From Octopus vulgaris (taxonomy: Eukaryota): 64,000 bases of DNA. The stretch covers positions 41,850,001-41,914,000 of the forward strand of contig OX597833.1 of assembly GCA_951406725.2 (NCBI GenBank), given 5' to 3'. The translations under genes and the position numbers were made by a program. Of the stretch, positions 11,454 through 24,135 are shown piece by piece. Positions within the stretch are counted from its first letter, which is position 1; the number at the start of each line of letters is the position of its first letter. The notes under the pieces are model-generated. The model did no database searches. It was not told the origin of the DNA and worked only from the letters and a program-made list of their open reading frames with translations.

Positions 11454-13714
11454 TTAGCAGAGATACCCAGCATTGCTCAGGATTAAAATGGCATTGCAGC
11501 ATTGACAACAAAACATTTGTAGAGTAAATGATGGGCTAATTCGGCTAAGCAACATGCTATGCATTCATTTGGAGTATTTCAGGCCCTAACCTGTGGGGGG
11601 TTTATGTGATTTTTGAATGCACTGAAAAGCTGTCTAGTTGGCACTGTGTCTAATATGACCCATCATCTGAAATGTTGACACCTCCTTCGAGTTTGTTGTC
11701 CTACATCACTCATAAAGTAAATTTGGAGGAACTGTTGTTGTTCATTTATGGGTAACAGGGAACCAATGAGGTGATAGACTTGCCCTTGAACTTTGACGTT
11801 GGTGTAAATTCATGTTTATCTATCTTCTTAGATGCACCAAACGATGTCATTTGTAGAGTTGTATTGTCTGAAAATCCTTTGACTGGATGGAAATGCCTTC
11901 TAGAAGATCCATAAGAGGTTGAGAAGGAGCTGGTAGTGCTGGCAATGTTACCTGACCACCTGAGCAGCACATACCATTTGTTTCATTTGAAAATTTTAAA
12001 GCTCTGCATAAATGACAATTTGTGTTTAGCACACCAATTTGGACAGAGTTATCATTTTTACAAGAATGGGATGGAACAGATTCAAGAGTTGTGAAGAACG
12101 AATTTGTACGTAGTCTGTTTCTGAGAGCTTTTCTATTGGACTTCCGTCTAATCATTTAAATATTGATTAATGAACCAGCATTAACTGCTGCAACATGCAT
12201 TTGCTGATCTTGAGAAAATCTCATCTAGCTTCTCTCTTCAGACTCTTGCCTTTGGTTTTCTACAATCCTCCTTGCTTTATACTTGTTTCTGGAGAGATTA
12301 CGTCTTTTCTTTGGTAGCATATTTTTTCCAATATTGTAAACAAAAAATTTTGAACATAGAAAGAAATTATACATTAATCCCTATTTTTGTAAGCAGTTGT
12401 AATCGTAAAAATTTATTTGAAGAGAGCAGAAATTGAAAGATGAGAAAGCAAAAAGAACAGAGAAAGAAAGTGAAAGATGTATATACGTCTATATGAAATG
12501 GGTGTGTGTGTATATGTGCATGTGTGTGCATGTGTATGCATGCATGCATGTGTGTGTGTATGTGAGAGAGAAAGAGGGTGAGAAAGAGAGATAGAGTGAG
12601 TGAATGAAGGTGTGTGTCATGATGATTGATATCTTATAGAGAATGTGACATCATCGTATAAAATGTTTACGATAGTTGATTTATGGAAAAGATTATGTTA
12701 AATTTTTGAAATGCAAATATGTGAATAGAGGTTAAGTTTAATTTGTAGCTGAAATAGTACTGAATCTTTTGATACCCCATACGTCAAAACCTGTAACTCG
12801 GTTTTGGTATGCATAAGGAATATATATATATATATATAGGACAGTATCTCACATTACAATAGAGGTGTAATACTGAAATAGTGTAAGAGATAAGAGATTG
12901 CTCTATGTTCACACTAAGCAAGAAGTTGGAAATTATTTTGGCCCATGACACTCTTGGCTTTTGTATTTGACACCTGTTGCTTCAAGTATTTTATTTCGAT
13001 TTTATGTATATATGTATGTGTAAGCCAATGAGGGAGACCTCTACATGGTAGCTAGACCTGGTAGAAATAGCAGCCAAATCTCCCTCAAAACACCATACTG
13101 TCTTAATCCGACAATTTTACCTATTATGTAGTTTGAATGAGAAACTGTAACTAAAGAGAAAGATTAACCCCAAAATTTTACGCATTTTAATAGCAATCAT
13201 TTATTTCTCTTTTTTGCTTAATTAGTAGTTTTTCATGTCAGATGCAAAGGTGAAGAGGGTTAACTTGGACGGTGTTGGGTAGTGGAGATGTTTGGTGATT
13301 GTATGTGGTGATTACTTTGGACTGTTTCTTCTTAATAAGGATAATTGATTGATAACGAATCTTAACACAATATATATACTACCACTTCAAGTGGAATTGG
13401 ACGTCATAAGAGAGACAGCGTAGTGACGATTTTGGCTGACTGTCATCCTGTACGCCTCTTGTTGCTAGCGAAATGGTATGTGCTGGCTGTCTGAGCAACT
13501 GGTTGATTTTAATGGTAGAACAAACAGGACAAAAAGATTACAAAAATAGCGATTCTCACTTTGAAACTAACAATTTTGAAAATCTTCTTAGATTACGGAA
13601 CGCTCCACTCTCTCATATATTCATGTTTAAAATTTCAGCGTGATCGGATGAACAATACTCGAATTATAAGTGCACAAACAAACAGACAGACAGAACGGAT
13701 TTTAAATATTAAGA
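11454..13714 (-). mobile_element. Internally deleted Helitron with a Rep/helicase N-terminal pseudogene
   Basis: 5' TC end followed by (CTGT)n; 3' decayed hairpin CCTGAGCAATGCTGGG plus CTAA (for CTAG). Frameshifted peptide from ATG 12320: MLPKKRRNL..CHLCRALKF..E..GMCC.GG.V.LP..QMTSFGA..KVQGQVYHLIGSL..FLQIYF. Confidence 0.8.
11690..12320 (-). pseudogene. Helitron RepHel N-terminal fragment (zinc-binding / helitron-like domain)
   Basis: Conserved Helitron motifs split across ORFs 11847-12155 and 11746-11970 by frameshifts. Confidence 0.8.
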
Positions 13715-14435
13715 TAAATAGATCAGAGACAGAAAATGGAATCCACAAGATTCTTTATCGAAATCCACTACAATTGTTTTGACTTATCCCACACCTGTAC
13801 TTCACAGGTCAGATACTGTATAATTGTCTTGCATCGCAGGTACAGATTGCATCTCCTTATAAGATATGTAGTTAATTAACTGTCAATTTGGAGATACACA
13901 ATTGCCAGAGAATAGACTGAACAGTATGTGGAATCAAAGGAATTATGATTATAAAGAGGGTCATTGGAAGCAAGTGAGATGTGCTCAGTGACCAGTTGCC
14001 CCCTTATCTCTTGACTGTCTTATGACCCTTTCTTTTCTACTTTCTCCCTGACTTTATTTGCTAGTCTATCTAATTCTCCCTTCCTCTACATACTTATAAT
14101 GGGTTTATTGCTAAGCAGAGATCAATTTAATACATCTTTTTGTATATCTAATAATTTGCTTATATCTTTGTTTCGAGAGCATGTAAATCTCTACCTTTAT
14201 ATGTCTGGGTTTTATTTTGATCTCATCTATGTTTTATGTGTGTACTATTCATGCAGTTTTGGTTACTTTTTCTGATGAGTTGTAGTGCACCCGAGCACTG
14301 TATACAATAAGTTCATTATTATTTTGTGTTGATGTTTTTATTTGTCTTCTTATTGGCGTATTTCATTTTATTACTTTTTGAGAAGTATGTCTTCTCTCTT
14401 AGTTTCTTATAAGAACTCCCAGTTTCTTATACAGC

Positions 14436-14504
14436 TAGATATATATTCTTATAAAATACCTAGATATGTATTCTTATAAAATACCTAGATATGTATTCTT
14501 ATAG
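14436..14504. repeat. 25-bp tandem repeat, about 2.7 copies
   Basis: tagatat(a/g)tattcttataaaatacc repeated. Confidence 0.85.
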
Positions 14505-14552
14505 AGCTAACAGAAATGGCAAGGAGAAAAAATGAGGCACTGGTTTAAAAAG

Positions 14553-14652
14553 TCACCTGAGGAAATGCAATCAGCACCTGTGATACAAGACAATTGTATA
14601 GCATCTCACCTGTAAAGTACAGGTGCAGGATGAGTTGAAACAATTGTAGTGG
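14553..14652 (+). ncRNA. Hammerhead ribozyme-like motif with a 73-nt stem II domain
   Basis: TCAC-CTGAGGA-[...GCACCTGT...ACAGGTGC...]-GAAA-CAATTG-TA-GTGG; same stem III and stem I 3' arm as the 11082 motif. Confidence 0.6.
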
Positions 14653-14966
14653 ATTTGTCATGAATTTCATTCTGTCTCTGATCTAGTTATATAAACTTCA
14701 TGGACATCAAGGAATCTCTGAAATAATTCTATTAGCATATGCATCCCTACTGTTGTTGACATCAGTTAGCCAAAAACTATGGACAAGCTTTACACAGCAT
14801 CCTACAAAGTTTCTACCTGAATATAAATGAACTAATTATATATAAGAATATATAGTTATCTTTCTATCTATCTATCTATCTATCTATATATATGTGACCG
14901 TGTGTGTATTGTCGGCGATTATTTTTTCCTCCGTCTTCCCTTCCTTGGATCTTTCCTTTTCCTATG

Positions 14967-14999
14967 TTTCTGACGAAGAGCTCTGCTCAAAATGTTAAA
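14967..14999 (+). ncRNA. Decayed minimal hammerhead ribozyme
   Basis: TTT-CTGACGA-A-GAGC(tct)GCTC-aAAA-tGTT-AAA; two CpG-type transitions away from CGAAACGTT. Confidence 0.5.
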
Positions 15000-15095
15000 T
15001 CTTCCTTCTTTCTTTCCTTTCCTGAGCGTCCAATAACACTATACTTGTACCACGTCTTCGCGTTGTGCTTTCTCTTTGTGTTTTCATGTTTGGAT

Positions 15096-15139
<44 letters not shown>

Positions 15140-16275
15140 AAGCCACACACTGGGTAAAAGTACATTATCAAAGGAAAGAGAAATGATACAGAAACCTAAA
15201 ATCTAATGTCAAATGACAAGACAAAATACAGGTAGACAAGAGTTGGTTATATGAAATTCACCAGTTGAACAGTTTTAAATAAGTAATAAAGACTGCTGTG
15301 AATTTTCTTCTCTCTTCTCTTTCCACATATGAAATCTTTAGGTATCAATCGATTTATGGTGGACCACTGTAGACTATATTCCAGTTTTCTGCTTAATTAT
15401 ATAACTTATTTATAAATAACTGACTGTCCATTGTTTATTCCATCTATCTATGGTATTGTTCTATAATTTCAGTAACGACGGAGAGATAGATATATGGACA
15501 TAAATGACGACTGACTGATGGATAGAGAGTTTGACTGGCTGATAGTTAATAGATAGATATAGGCTGATAGATAAGTAGATATACATATTGACAGATAAAT
15601 ATCTGGACAAACTGATAGATTAGATATATGTATTGATGAATAAATATCTCAGAAGATAAATAGATGGATAGATAGATCTATCTATTAATGCAAACATTAT
15701 AGGAATAAAGATGTTCATATGCATGTATTGGGTGTATGTATGTAAGAATATCTACCATCACTTCTGGCATTATCCTTACCACCTGCACTTTTGCTTCTGT
15801 TTGTATACATACATATTTATATTTATATATTTTTATACATGTGGAAACTGGTGGGTGTGTCTTTTTTTTGTCTATGCTGTCGCTAAGGACAGTTTTATTG
15901 ATCTTCCTTGCCCTCACATCCTGGATACAGAAAACTTGCCATTGTCACCATTAACACCAGCACCAGCAGCATTACTGCCATCATCTTATTATCACCAATA
16001 TCACCAGTATCGATAAAGTCTATGTCTACCTTATCTGCAGCATCATCTCCCTCACCATGACAACCATTAACAGCAGCAATTGATCATCATTTTTGCTACT
16101 GCTAACACTATCAACTATAATACCATCATCATCATCATAAACACCACTGTTACCATCATCATTACTACTATTATTATCACTACCACCACCACCACCATCA
16201 TCATCATTACAGCCCTTTCCATTTCTGTGTGCCAATACCACCTTCATCTTTATCCCCACTACTATTACCACTGTG

Positions 16276-16740
16276 GAAATGTGTGGCTTAGTGGTTAGGG
16301 TGTCAGCATCATGATCGTAAGATTGTGGTTTCAATTCCTGGACCAGGCGACGCATTGTGTTCTTGAGCAAAACACTTAATTTCACGTTGCTCCAGTCCAG
16401 TGGTTTTCAACCAGGGTTCCGCCAGTACAGTCCAGGGGTTCCGCAAGAAGTTACAAAACTGCTAAAATCGGCAGTAATTTTTAATTCTCCTGTGCAGATA
16501 TGTGTGCATAAGACTATTAAATTATTGCACAGGGGTTCCCCGAGCCAGTGGAATGTTTCCTTGGGGTTCCGCTCCAGCAAAAAGTTTGAAAAGCATTGCT
16601 CCAGTCCACTCAGCTGTCAAAAATGAGTAACGCTGCGATGGACTGGCGTCCTGTCCAGCTGGGGAACACATACGCCATAGAAACCAGGAAACCAGGCCCA
16701 TGAGCCCGGCTAGGCTTTAAAAGGGCACATTTATTTATTT
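16276..16740 (+). mobile_element. tRNA-derived SINE (head type D) interrupted by a hAT MITE
   Basis: GTGGCTTAGTGGTTAGGG..GGTTTCAATTCC..CTTGAGCAA.ACACTT, with tail GCTGCGATGGACTGGCGTCCTGTCCAG. Confidence 0.8.
16398..16598. mobile_element. hAT-type MITE inserted in a SINE
   Basis: TIR CAGTGGTTTTCAA / TTGAAAAGCATTG with a perfect 8-bp TSD CTCCAGTC (16390-16397, 16599-16606). Confidence 0.9.
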
Positions 16741-17316
16741 TACTATTACCACTGTCATATTATTTACCCCCTTGTCCCCGTTTGTCAGTGCAACTTCCTC
16801 CAGTTTCTGATGTCTTCATATGAAACAAAACACACTGGACTTGTTACCAATAAAACATATTGAAACTTACAACTAGCACTTTGTGTTCTTTATTTTAAGT
16901 TACTTATCCAAGCTCTTCCAAACAATTAACTCTAAGACTTGTGGGTATATGTATGTGTGCGTGTAGGTATATATATATATATATAATCATCATCATTGTT
17001 TAACGTCCGTTTTCCATGCTAGCATGGGCTGGATGGTTCGACCGGGGTCTGGGAAGCCAGGAGGCTGCACCAGGCCCAGTCTGATCTGGCAGTGTTTCTA
17101 CAGCTGGATGCCCTTCCTAATGCCAACCACTCCATGTAGTGGGTGCTGGAAATGACCACGATCGGTTGGTGCTTTTTACGTGCCACAGGCACGGAGGCCA
17201 GTCGAGGTGGCAGCGCTGGCAACGGCCATGTTTGGATGGTTCTTTTACATGCCACCGGCACTGGTATCACAACTGCAATTTCCATTGATTTTTTGAAAAT
17301 TGCATATATATATATA

Positions 17317-17450
17317 TATTATATTAAATTAGAGATAAAACCACTATTATTTATCTCTAATTTAATATAATATATATTTATACTATAAAATTAGATTTAA
17401 TCCTAAATCTAATTTTTCCCTGTAAGTTTGGATTTACTCCCTAATATTAT
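17317..17450 (+). mobile_element. Very short PLE-type 3' end with a 5' inversion
   Basis: Hairpin tatattaaattagagataaa/tttatctctaatttaatata followed by the same tail as 11195-11305; lies in (TA)n. Confidence 0.65.
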
Positions 17451-17483
17451 ATATATATATATATATAGACATACATATAGACA

Positions 17484-17525
<42 letters not shown>

Positions 17526-17560
17526 TAACATACAAACATATGTGTATATATTCATGTATA

Positions 17561-17777
17561 CAAGGGGTTACTGAAAAGTTCCTGGCTTTGGATAAAAGAG
17601 AATATAAGAGGACCAGTTAATTATGGTTTTATTCAATATACTTCCTTCTCAAATTCACACACTTATTGCAGCAATCCTTCATTTTTTCTAAGCCCTATAA
17701 AAGAACTCAGAAGTTTGGACCTTCAACCAGGCCTTTTGTGATATCCTTAAAGCCAGGAACTTTTCAGCATCCCCTCA
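17561..17777. mobile_element. Mariner-derived MITE
   Basis: TIRs caaggggttactgaaaagttcctggcttt / aaagccaggaacttttcagcatcccctca with TA flanks. Confidence 0.8.
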
Positions 17778-17974
17778 TACATATATATATATATATGAGT
17801 AGAAGCCTATTGTATTATGTATGTGTATGTAACAAATAGATTAACTGGGTTAATTACAGGACAATGCAGTTGAGAATAAACAACAAAATGACATCCATTC
17901 ATCAAAACTGTCTTCTTACAAATTCTCATCTTTGACACAAATGTTGTTTTCATTCTTATTCACACACACATAAT

Positions 17975-18014
<40 letters not shown>

Positions 18015-18227
18015 CCTCTCTCTCTTTCGGAGAGGCACTGAGCGGCTATACGCACATTTACACACACGGCAGTAACTTCCGCCTACCAAATTCAATCACA
18101 AAGCTTTGGTCAACTCGGGGCTATAGTGGAAGACACCTGCCCAAAGTGCCATGCAGTGGGACTGAACCCGAAACCATGTAGCTAGGAAACAAGCTCCTTA
18201 ACCACACAGCCATGCCCGCGCCTATGT

Positions 18228-18594
18228 ATATATATATAAATTAGAAAAAAACCCACCTTTTATCAATTCAATAATGAAAAATTAAATCATACCATTTAGA
18301 AAAATTACATATTATAGAAAGATTAGATATACGATAAAACATATAACGATGATTAAGTAATGTGCAAAATAATAAATAAAATGTATATATTTGGTAGAAT
18401 AACCACGTGTTTCGTGGCTATATTTACCAAATATATACGTTTTATTTATTATTTTGCACATTACTTAATCATTGTTATATATTTTATCTTATATTTAATC
18501 TTTCTATAATATGTAATTTTTCTAAATGGCATAATTTAATTTTTCATTATTGAATTGATAAAAGGTGTTTTTTTTCTAATTTATATATATATAT
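18228..18594. repeat. Long fold-back palindrome (arms about 180 bp) followed by a unique 3' tail to about 18700
   Basis: ttagaaaaaaacccaccttttatcaattcaataatg... is mirrored by ...cattattgaattgataaaaggtgttttttttctaa. The tail ttttccctgtaagtttgga..ccc..atatt is shared with 11270-11305 and 17413-17448. Confidence 0.9.
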
Positions 18595-18671
18595 ATATTA
18601 TATTTTGTGAAATTTGATTTAGTATTTCTAAATTGAATTTTTCCCTGTAAGTTTGGAATAATATTCCCTCA

Positions 18672-18736
<65 letters not shown>

Positions 18737-18749
18737 TTATATATGCAGT

Positions 18750-19072
18750 GAAGGCGCGTGGCTTAGTGGTTAGGGCATTCAGCTCACGATTGTAAAGTCG
18801 TGAGTTCAAATTCCTGGCGACGCGTTGTGCTCTTGAGCAAGACACTCTATTTCACGTTGCTCCAATCCACTCAGCTGGCAAAAATGAGTTGTACTTGTAT
18901 TTCAAAGGGCCAGTCTTGTCACATTCTGTGTCACACTGAATCTCCCTGAGAACTACGTTAAGGGTACACGTGTCTGTGGATTGCTCAGTCACTTGCATGT
19001 TCATTTCACGAGCAAGCTGTTCCATTGATTGTATCAGCTGGGAGCCTCGTCGTCGTAACTGACAGAGTGCTC
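18750..19072 (+). mobile_element. tRNA-derived SINE (head D); decayed copy at about 25378-25743
   Basis: Same head as 16276; tail shared with the reverse complement of 24202-24390. Confidence 0.85.
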
Positions 19073-19221
19073 CTCTATATATGCATGTCATCATCATCAT
19101 CATCATTTAATGTCTAATTTCGATGCTAGCACGAGTTGGATGGTTTGACAGCAATATTTGTTTCAACACATGAGTTTACATCAAGAATTTTGCAAAACAA
19201 ATACATAAACATGTATATGTA

Positions 19222-19291
<70 letters not shown>

Positions 19292-19379
19292 ATCATGATC
19301 ATTTTATGTTTGCTTTCTGTACTTGCATGGACTGGAATACATAGATGTTCATTATTTCTTCGTAACATATACAATTCAA

Positions 19380-19421
<42 letters not shown>

Positions 19422-19708
19422 CTACATATTTGCCAATACAAGTTTTGAATTCATCTCAAATGTTATTTTGGATAATATAAAAAATTTTCTTTTTTATACT
19501 CGATAAAATTTATATATATACACATTTGCAATGCTGGACCACTGACATCTACAAGTTTTTTTCACTGTTTATTTTCTCTAATTCTTTTCTGTTGAAGAGC
19601 ATTGGCTTGAAACATAAAATACTTTTACATTTTTCCCTGAGGATCAAACTAATAAACTCCCTTCCAGTTCATACACCTGTCTTCATCTTTTGTTTTTCTA
19701 TAAATTTC

Positions 19709-19744
<36 letters not shown>

Positions 19745-19745
19745 C

Positions 19746-20612
19746 CATGGTGTCCCAAAAGTCACTGATGGATTTCAATTTTTAATAACTTCCTTAACTT
19801 TACGAATGAATGCATGAAATTTTGATACAATATAAAGGGCATAATGGAAATTAATATGTACCCATTTTGGAACCCCACTACATCACATATGCAAAATGAC
19901 ATCACTTAAATAGCAGCCATTTTTGGCTTTGCATGCCTGTGCTCTTTCCAAAACTTGCACTATACTACCCTCAAGAGTTTCAGACCCTACTTCTCTAATT
20001 TCTCTATTGATGTTCTCCTTCAGTTGCACCAGGGTCTCCAGTTTGTTGACGTAAACCCTCTCTTTCAGGTATCCCCACAAGAAAAATTCTGGGCTAGTCA
20101 AGTCAGGGGAATGTGAAGGCCAGTTGACATTGCTGTAGCAGGAGATTATTCTCTTTCCAAAGCATTGCTTTAGCAACTGCATTGTTTCTCTAGTGGTATG
20201 AGCAGTTGCCCCATCTTGCTGGAACCATGTGTAAGGTCTACTTTGAATGGGCGGACGCACAAAGGTCTCAATCATGGATACCTGAAAGAGAGGGTATACA
20301 TCAACAAACTGGAGATCTTGGTGCAACTGAAGGAGAACATCAATAGAGAAATCAGGTAAGTGGTGTTTGAAACTCTTGAGGGTGTTATGGTGCAAGTTTT
20401 GGAAAGAGCATGGGCATGCAAAGCCAAAAATGGTTGCCAGTTAAGTGATGTCATTTTTCATATGTGATGTAGTGGTGTTGCAAAATTTGACTTGTGCATG
20501 TTAATTTCCATTATATCCTTTATAACTGTATCAAAATTTCATGCATTTATTTATTAGTGAAGTTAAGGAAGTTATTAAATTGAAATCCGTCAGTGACTTT
20601 TGGGACACCCTG
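19746..20612 (-). mobile_element. rosa/DD41D-type Tc1/mariner deletion derivative with inverted repeats of about 330 bp
   Basis: Arms 19746-20074 and 20276-20612 begin CA(G/T)GGTGTCCCAAAAGTCACTGA. Peptide WFQQDGATAH...WPSHSPDLTSPEFFLWGYLK has 41 residues between the last two acidic catalytic positions. Confidence 0.85.
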
Positions 20613-20629
20613 TGTATGTATGTATGTAA

Positions 20630-20877
20630 GGTAGGAGAGTCCAGTTTGCTGGACATTGTTATAGAGCTAAAAACGAGGCAATTTCTACTATTCTCCTCTG
20701 GAAGCCATCTACTCGCAATACCAGAGGGCGCACACTCTCCTACCCTGATGTAATCTCCAGGGATACAGGCATCCAGCAACAGGACCTCCGTAATGCCATG
20801 ATGGACCGTGAAGTCTGGCGTAGCATGGTAAATTCCATGGTCTCGACCACGGTCGAACAATGATGAATGATGATGAT
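20630..20877 (+). mobile_element. 3' end of an RTE-like LINE
   Basis: Peptide FAGHCYRA..LLWKP..RGR..Y..VI.RDTG...L.NAMMDR..WR followed by a (TGA)n tail. Confidence 0.65.
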
Positions 20878-21157
20878 GTATGTATGTATGTATGTGTGTG
20901 TATAATATATATATATATATATATATACCCACAATGGCATTAGAAATGGCATCTAGCTGTAGACACCATGCCAAATCAGATTGGATGCTGGTGTAGCTCT
21001 CCAGTTTACCATTTCAGTCAAACTGTCTAACCCATGTCAGCATGGAAAGCAGACACTAAATAATAATGATGACTATGATAATGCACACATACGCATATAT
21101 ATATATACAAATGTTCTGAAAAAAAGTTATCAATTTAAAATTGTTCTTTTTTGGTCT

Positions 21158-21163
21158 TTTATT
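21158..21163 (-). terminator. Candidate polyadenylation signal AATAAA of the OSGIN gene
   Basis: AATAAA on the minus strand about 120 nt downstream of the stop codon; the region is AT-rich, so specificity is low. Confidence 0.4.
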
Positions 21164-21280
21164 AATAAAAAATTCTTATAAATTATGTTTACTATATTAA
21201 AATGTAAACACCATATAAAATGCTTTCTCTGAAAAAAATCTTTTTTTAATATAAAAAAAATTCCTAAATAATTATTATTG

Positions 21281-22286
21281 TTATTTTCCCTGAGCTTTCA
21301 TTATTAAATGATTTGTGATCCCTAATGAACCCCCAATTGCAAAACGTACAAAATTATCGCCCATCAATGGTCCCATGGCATACATTCCAGGCTCTTTGAT
21401 TGCTTCATAAGAAAAAGGGTCCACTTGGATGGGATTATGTTTACTGTCAATAGATTGTTTTTCAATGGTGCCTAGATATTTCCCTTCTTGTGGCAGGAAT
21501 GCTAAGTTAGGTTTTGCACCAATCAATACAACAGCCAAGGAGGTATTCAGGGTACTTATGTTGCAGCTGTTTTTAAGACACTTTATCAGTACTTTGTTGT
21601 CTTTCTGCAGTTCTTCAACCTGATGCCTGGAATATGGTTTATAAAGGTCGTTCACTTCTTTACCTTTCATAAGAGAGTATACTCTGTGATATTCAGGGTA
21701 CATGCTTAGAGGTAACTTTTTGAAAACCAGAGATGAATCATTTGGACTGACACGAAATACATGAGCAACAGAGATATCATTTTCGAGAGCCATCAAAATA
21801 GCATCAGCAGCAGATAGGCCAGCACCAACAACAACAACAGGATCAGAGTCACTTGCAATCTCTTTTTTTGTAATCATTTGTTCAAAAGCTTTAAGGGAGT
21901 GTACCACATAAGGCAGATTTTCCCCAGTGGTACCTAATCGGTTAGGTAGGTCCGTCGTACCTGTAGCTAAAACTACTGAGTTGCTTTGGAAACAAAAGTC
22001 CTCGTGTGGAAAAGGTTCCTGGCCATCACGTCGTTTTGTATCCACTTTATGTCCGCGTACTTCCCATAAAAATTTATGGTCTGCTTTAACATTTTGACAG
22101 CAAGGCATTGCTTCTCCACTCTCACAATCAATTCCTTCACAAGTGTCCAGAACTTTCTGCACAGAACTAACTAAATAACCATTGCGGAAATTCTTGTAAA
22201 TGTTCTTTTCTTTTAAAAAATCGCAATAATAGTTGCGGACATCTGCAACTGTTGCACGATTGTCTTTCCTGTTTTTTTCAGACACC
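21281..22286 (-). CDS. OSGIN: OSGIN-family terminal coding exon (FAD/NAD(P)-binding domain)
   Basis: TTCTTTCTTCAG acceptor at 22287. Motifs VVLATG, VVVVGAGLSAADA, YPEYHRVY and GMYAMGPLMGDNFVRF; TAA stop at 21281. The full spliced CDS is 1497 nt (498 aa). Confidence 0.95.
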
Positions 22287-24040
22287 CTGAAGAAAGAAAA
22301 AATATGAAATCTGATCAGATTTAAAGAACAAACATACATATAAGAGAGTAATACAATGTGTTTAGTTATTAAAACTGTTTGATGACAAACAAGAACTATT
22401 ATGTGAAATCTAGCAAGACATTTTTGATTAATGTAAAGTTTCTAGTTTGACAATAAGGCTGACACTACAATTTCATTAAAAAAATTAATTAATTTTGATT
22501 AGAAGTTGTTATTAGTGAAAAGAAAATTGACGAGCCTTAAAAAGTTATCTCTAAATAATTTTTGTATGTCTAGTGTTTTATGGTTCATACTGAAATTCCA
22601 TACATAGGAACAAGCTATAAAAGTATTTTGTACTTAGATGAAATTTATAAGGCCAAATTAACAGCCATATAATATGAATTTTTAAGAACATCTTTTACAG
22701 GTGTCATTTTACTGGTATTATCTATCTGACCAAAAAAAGGTGGCAAGCTGGCAGAAACATTAGCACACCGGGTGAAATGCTTAGCAGTATTTTGTTTGTC
22801 TTTACGTTCTGAGTTCAAATTCTGCTAAAGTCAACTTTGCCTTTCATCCTTTTGGGGTTGATAAATTGACTACCAGTTGCGTACAGAGGTTGATCAAATC
22901 GACTGGCACCCTCCCCCAAAATTTCGGGCCTTGTGCCTAGAGTAGAAAAGATTATCAGACACAAACTTGTCTAAAAATAAAATTTTCTTTTCCCCTTGTT
23001 TTTCTTTTGAAAATTCTAATATCTGAAAAATTGGTTTCAAATTTTGGTACAAGACCAACAATTTTGGGGGAGTGGGGTATGTCAATTACATTGAGCACAC
23101 TGGTACTTTTTTTTTTATCAACTTCGAAAGGATGAAAAGCAAAGTCAAACTTGGCAGAATTTGAACTCGGAATGTAAAGATGGACGAAGTGCCACTAAGC
23201 ATTTTACCTGGCATGCTAATGACTGTCAGCTCACTGTCTGTACATTTGAAATATATCTGAAGTGTGAAGAGATCTGTACACAGTGTAAAAAAATTAAAAT
23301 TTCATTGGTCTGTGGTCAGTATTATTTCTTATATGCTTCTACCTAGAAATCAAAGGAAATGACTACTATTTCCTTCAAACATTGCTTTTGTGGCCTGGTC
23401 ATCAATGTTTTGAAACCAATTCAGTTCTATTACGTTTCAGACAGATTCAGTGCTGAGTTGCTGAAGCAGAAATATCGTTATAGTAAATATTCTGCTCAAT
23501 AGCACAGATTTGCTTGTTAGTTGCTTGCCTTAATCACTTGCGTATGTCTCTTAGTGGCTGACAATATGTGCATCTCATATGTCATCATCTCTGCTGGTGA
23601 GGAGTAGTGGGGGGGAGCATCACAGCCATGTGTTGAGAGGGATTCTTTGGAGTTTGAATAAATGTAAGAGAAGCAAAGATTGAAGGAAATATCAGCCATT
23701 TTTCATACTTCCTAGGAGTAAGCAAACAGGAGATAACAGTTGCTACCCAAGGACAAAAATCGTGTTATACAGTGTAATCAATTCATAAACTCCAATCATT
23801 GTGTAATAGTGTCAAACAAGGCACATAACTCTGCTCGCTTCAGTTTATTAGACCAAAAAAATTCTACTCCTTCTTCACGATTGAGTGATAAACATCCACC
23901 AACAAAACAAAGCCGTAATAAAATTAAAACAAATAAAAGATGAAACAGAAAGTAAAAAAATTTCTCACTCATAGTCGTATTTTACAATAGTTTAACTGAT
24001 GTGACAATGGGGAAACGACAAAGGATTATGAAATACTTAC

Positions 24041-24135
24041 GAGGTTTTCTTTTTGTTTAGCCATTTTTGTAAAGGCAAAGATGGTAGTTCCATCCAGTTA
24101 CTAATGCTGATAGTCTGTAGGTTTCCATCCATTTG
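24041..24135 (-). CDS. OSGIN: OSGIN-family exon 4 (QMDGNLQTISISNWMELP...KKTS)
   Basis: CTCCAG acceptor and GTAAGT donor; 95 bp, phase 0 to 2, matching the phase of the last exon. Contains the WMELP motif. Confidence 0.9.

Larger units (their letters stand above)
13719..14685. repeat. Diverged inverted repeat (13719-13858 / 14561-14685) around a spacer of about 700 bp
   Basis: tagatcagagacagaa...aaatccactacaattgttt...acacctgtactt.acagg matches the reverse complement of the 14.6-kb copy, which holds the hammerhead-like motif. Confidence 0.75.

Noticed and set aside
14271-14325. CTGATGA at 14272 (also 36960, 54784 and 44636 minus) as further hammerheads
   Set aside because: No matching stem II, GAAA and stem I partner could be found.
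21281-22339. Single-exon 352-aa gene starting at ATG 22339
   Set aside because: The first 17 codons are the intron polypyrimidine tract; a strong acceptor at 22287 joins in phase to the upstream OSGIN exons.
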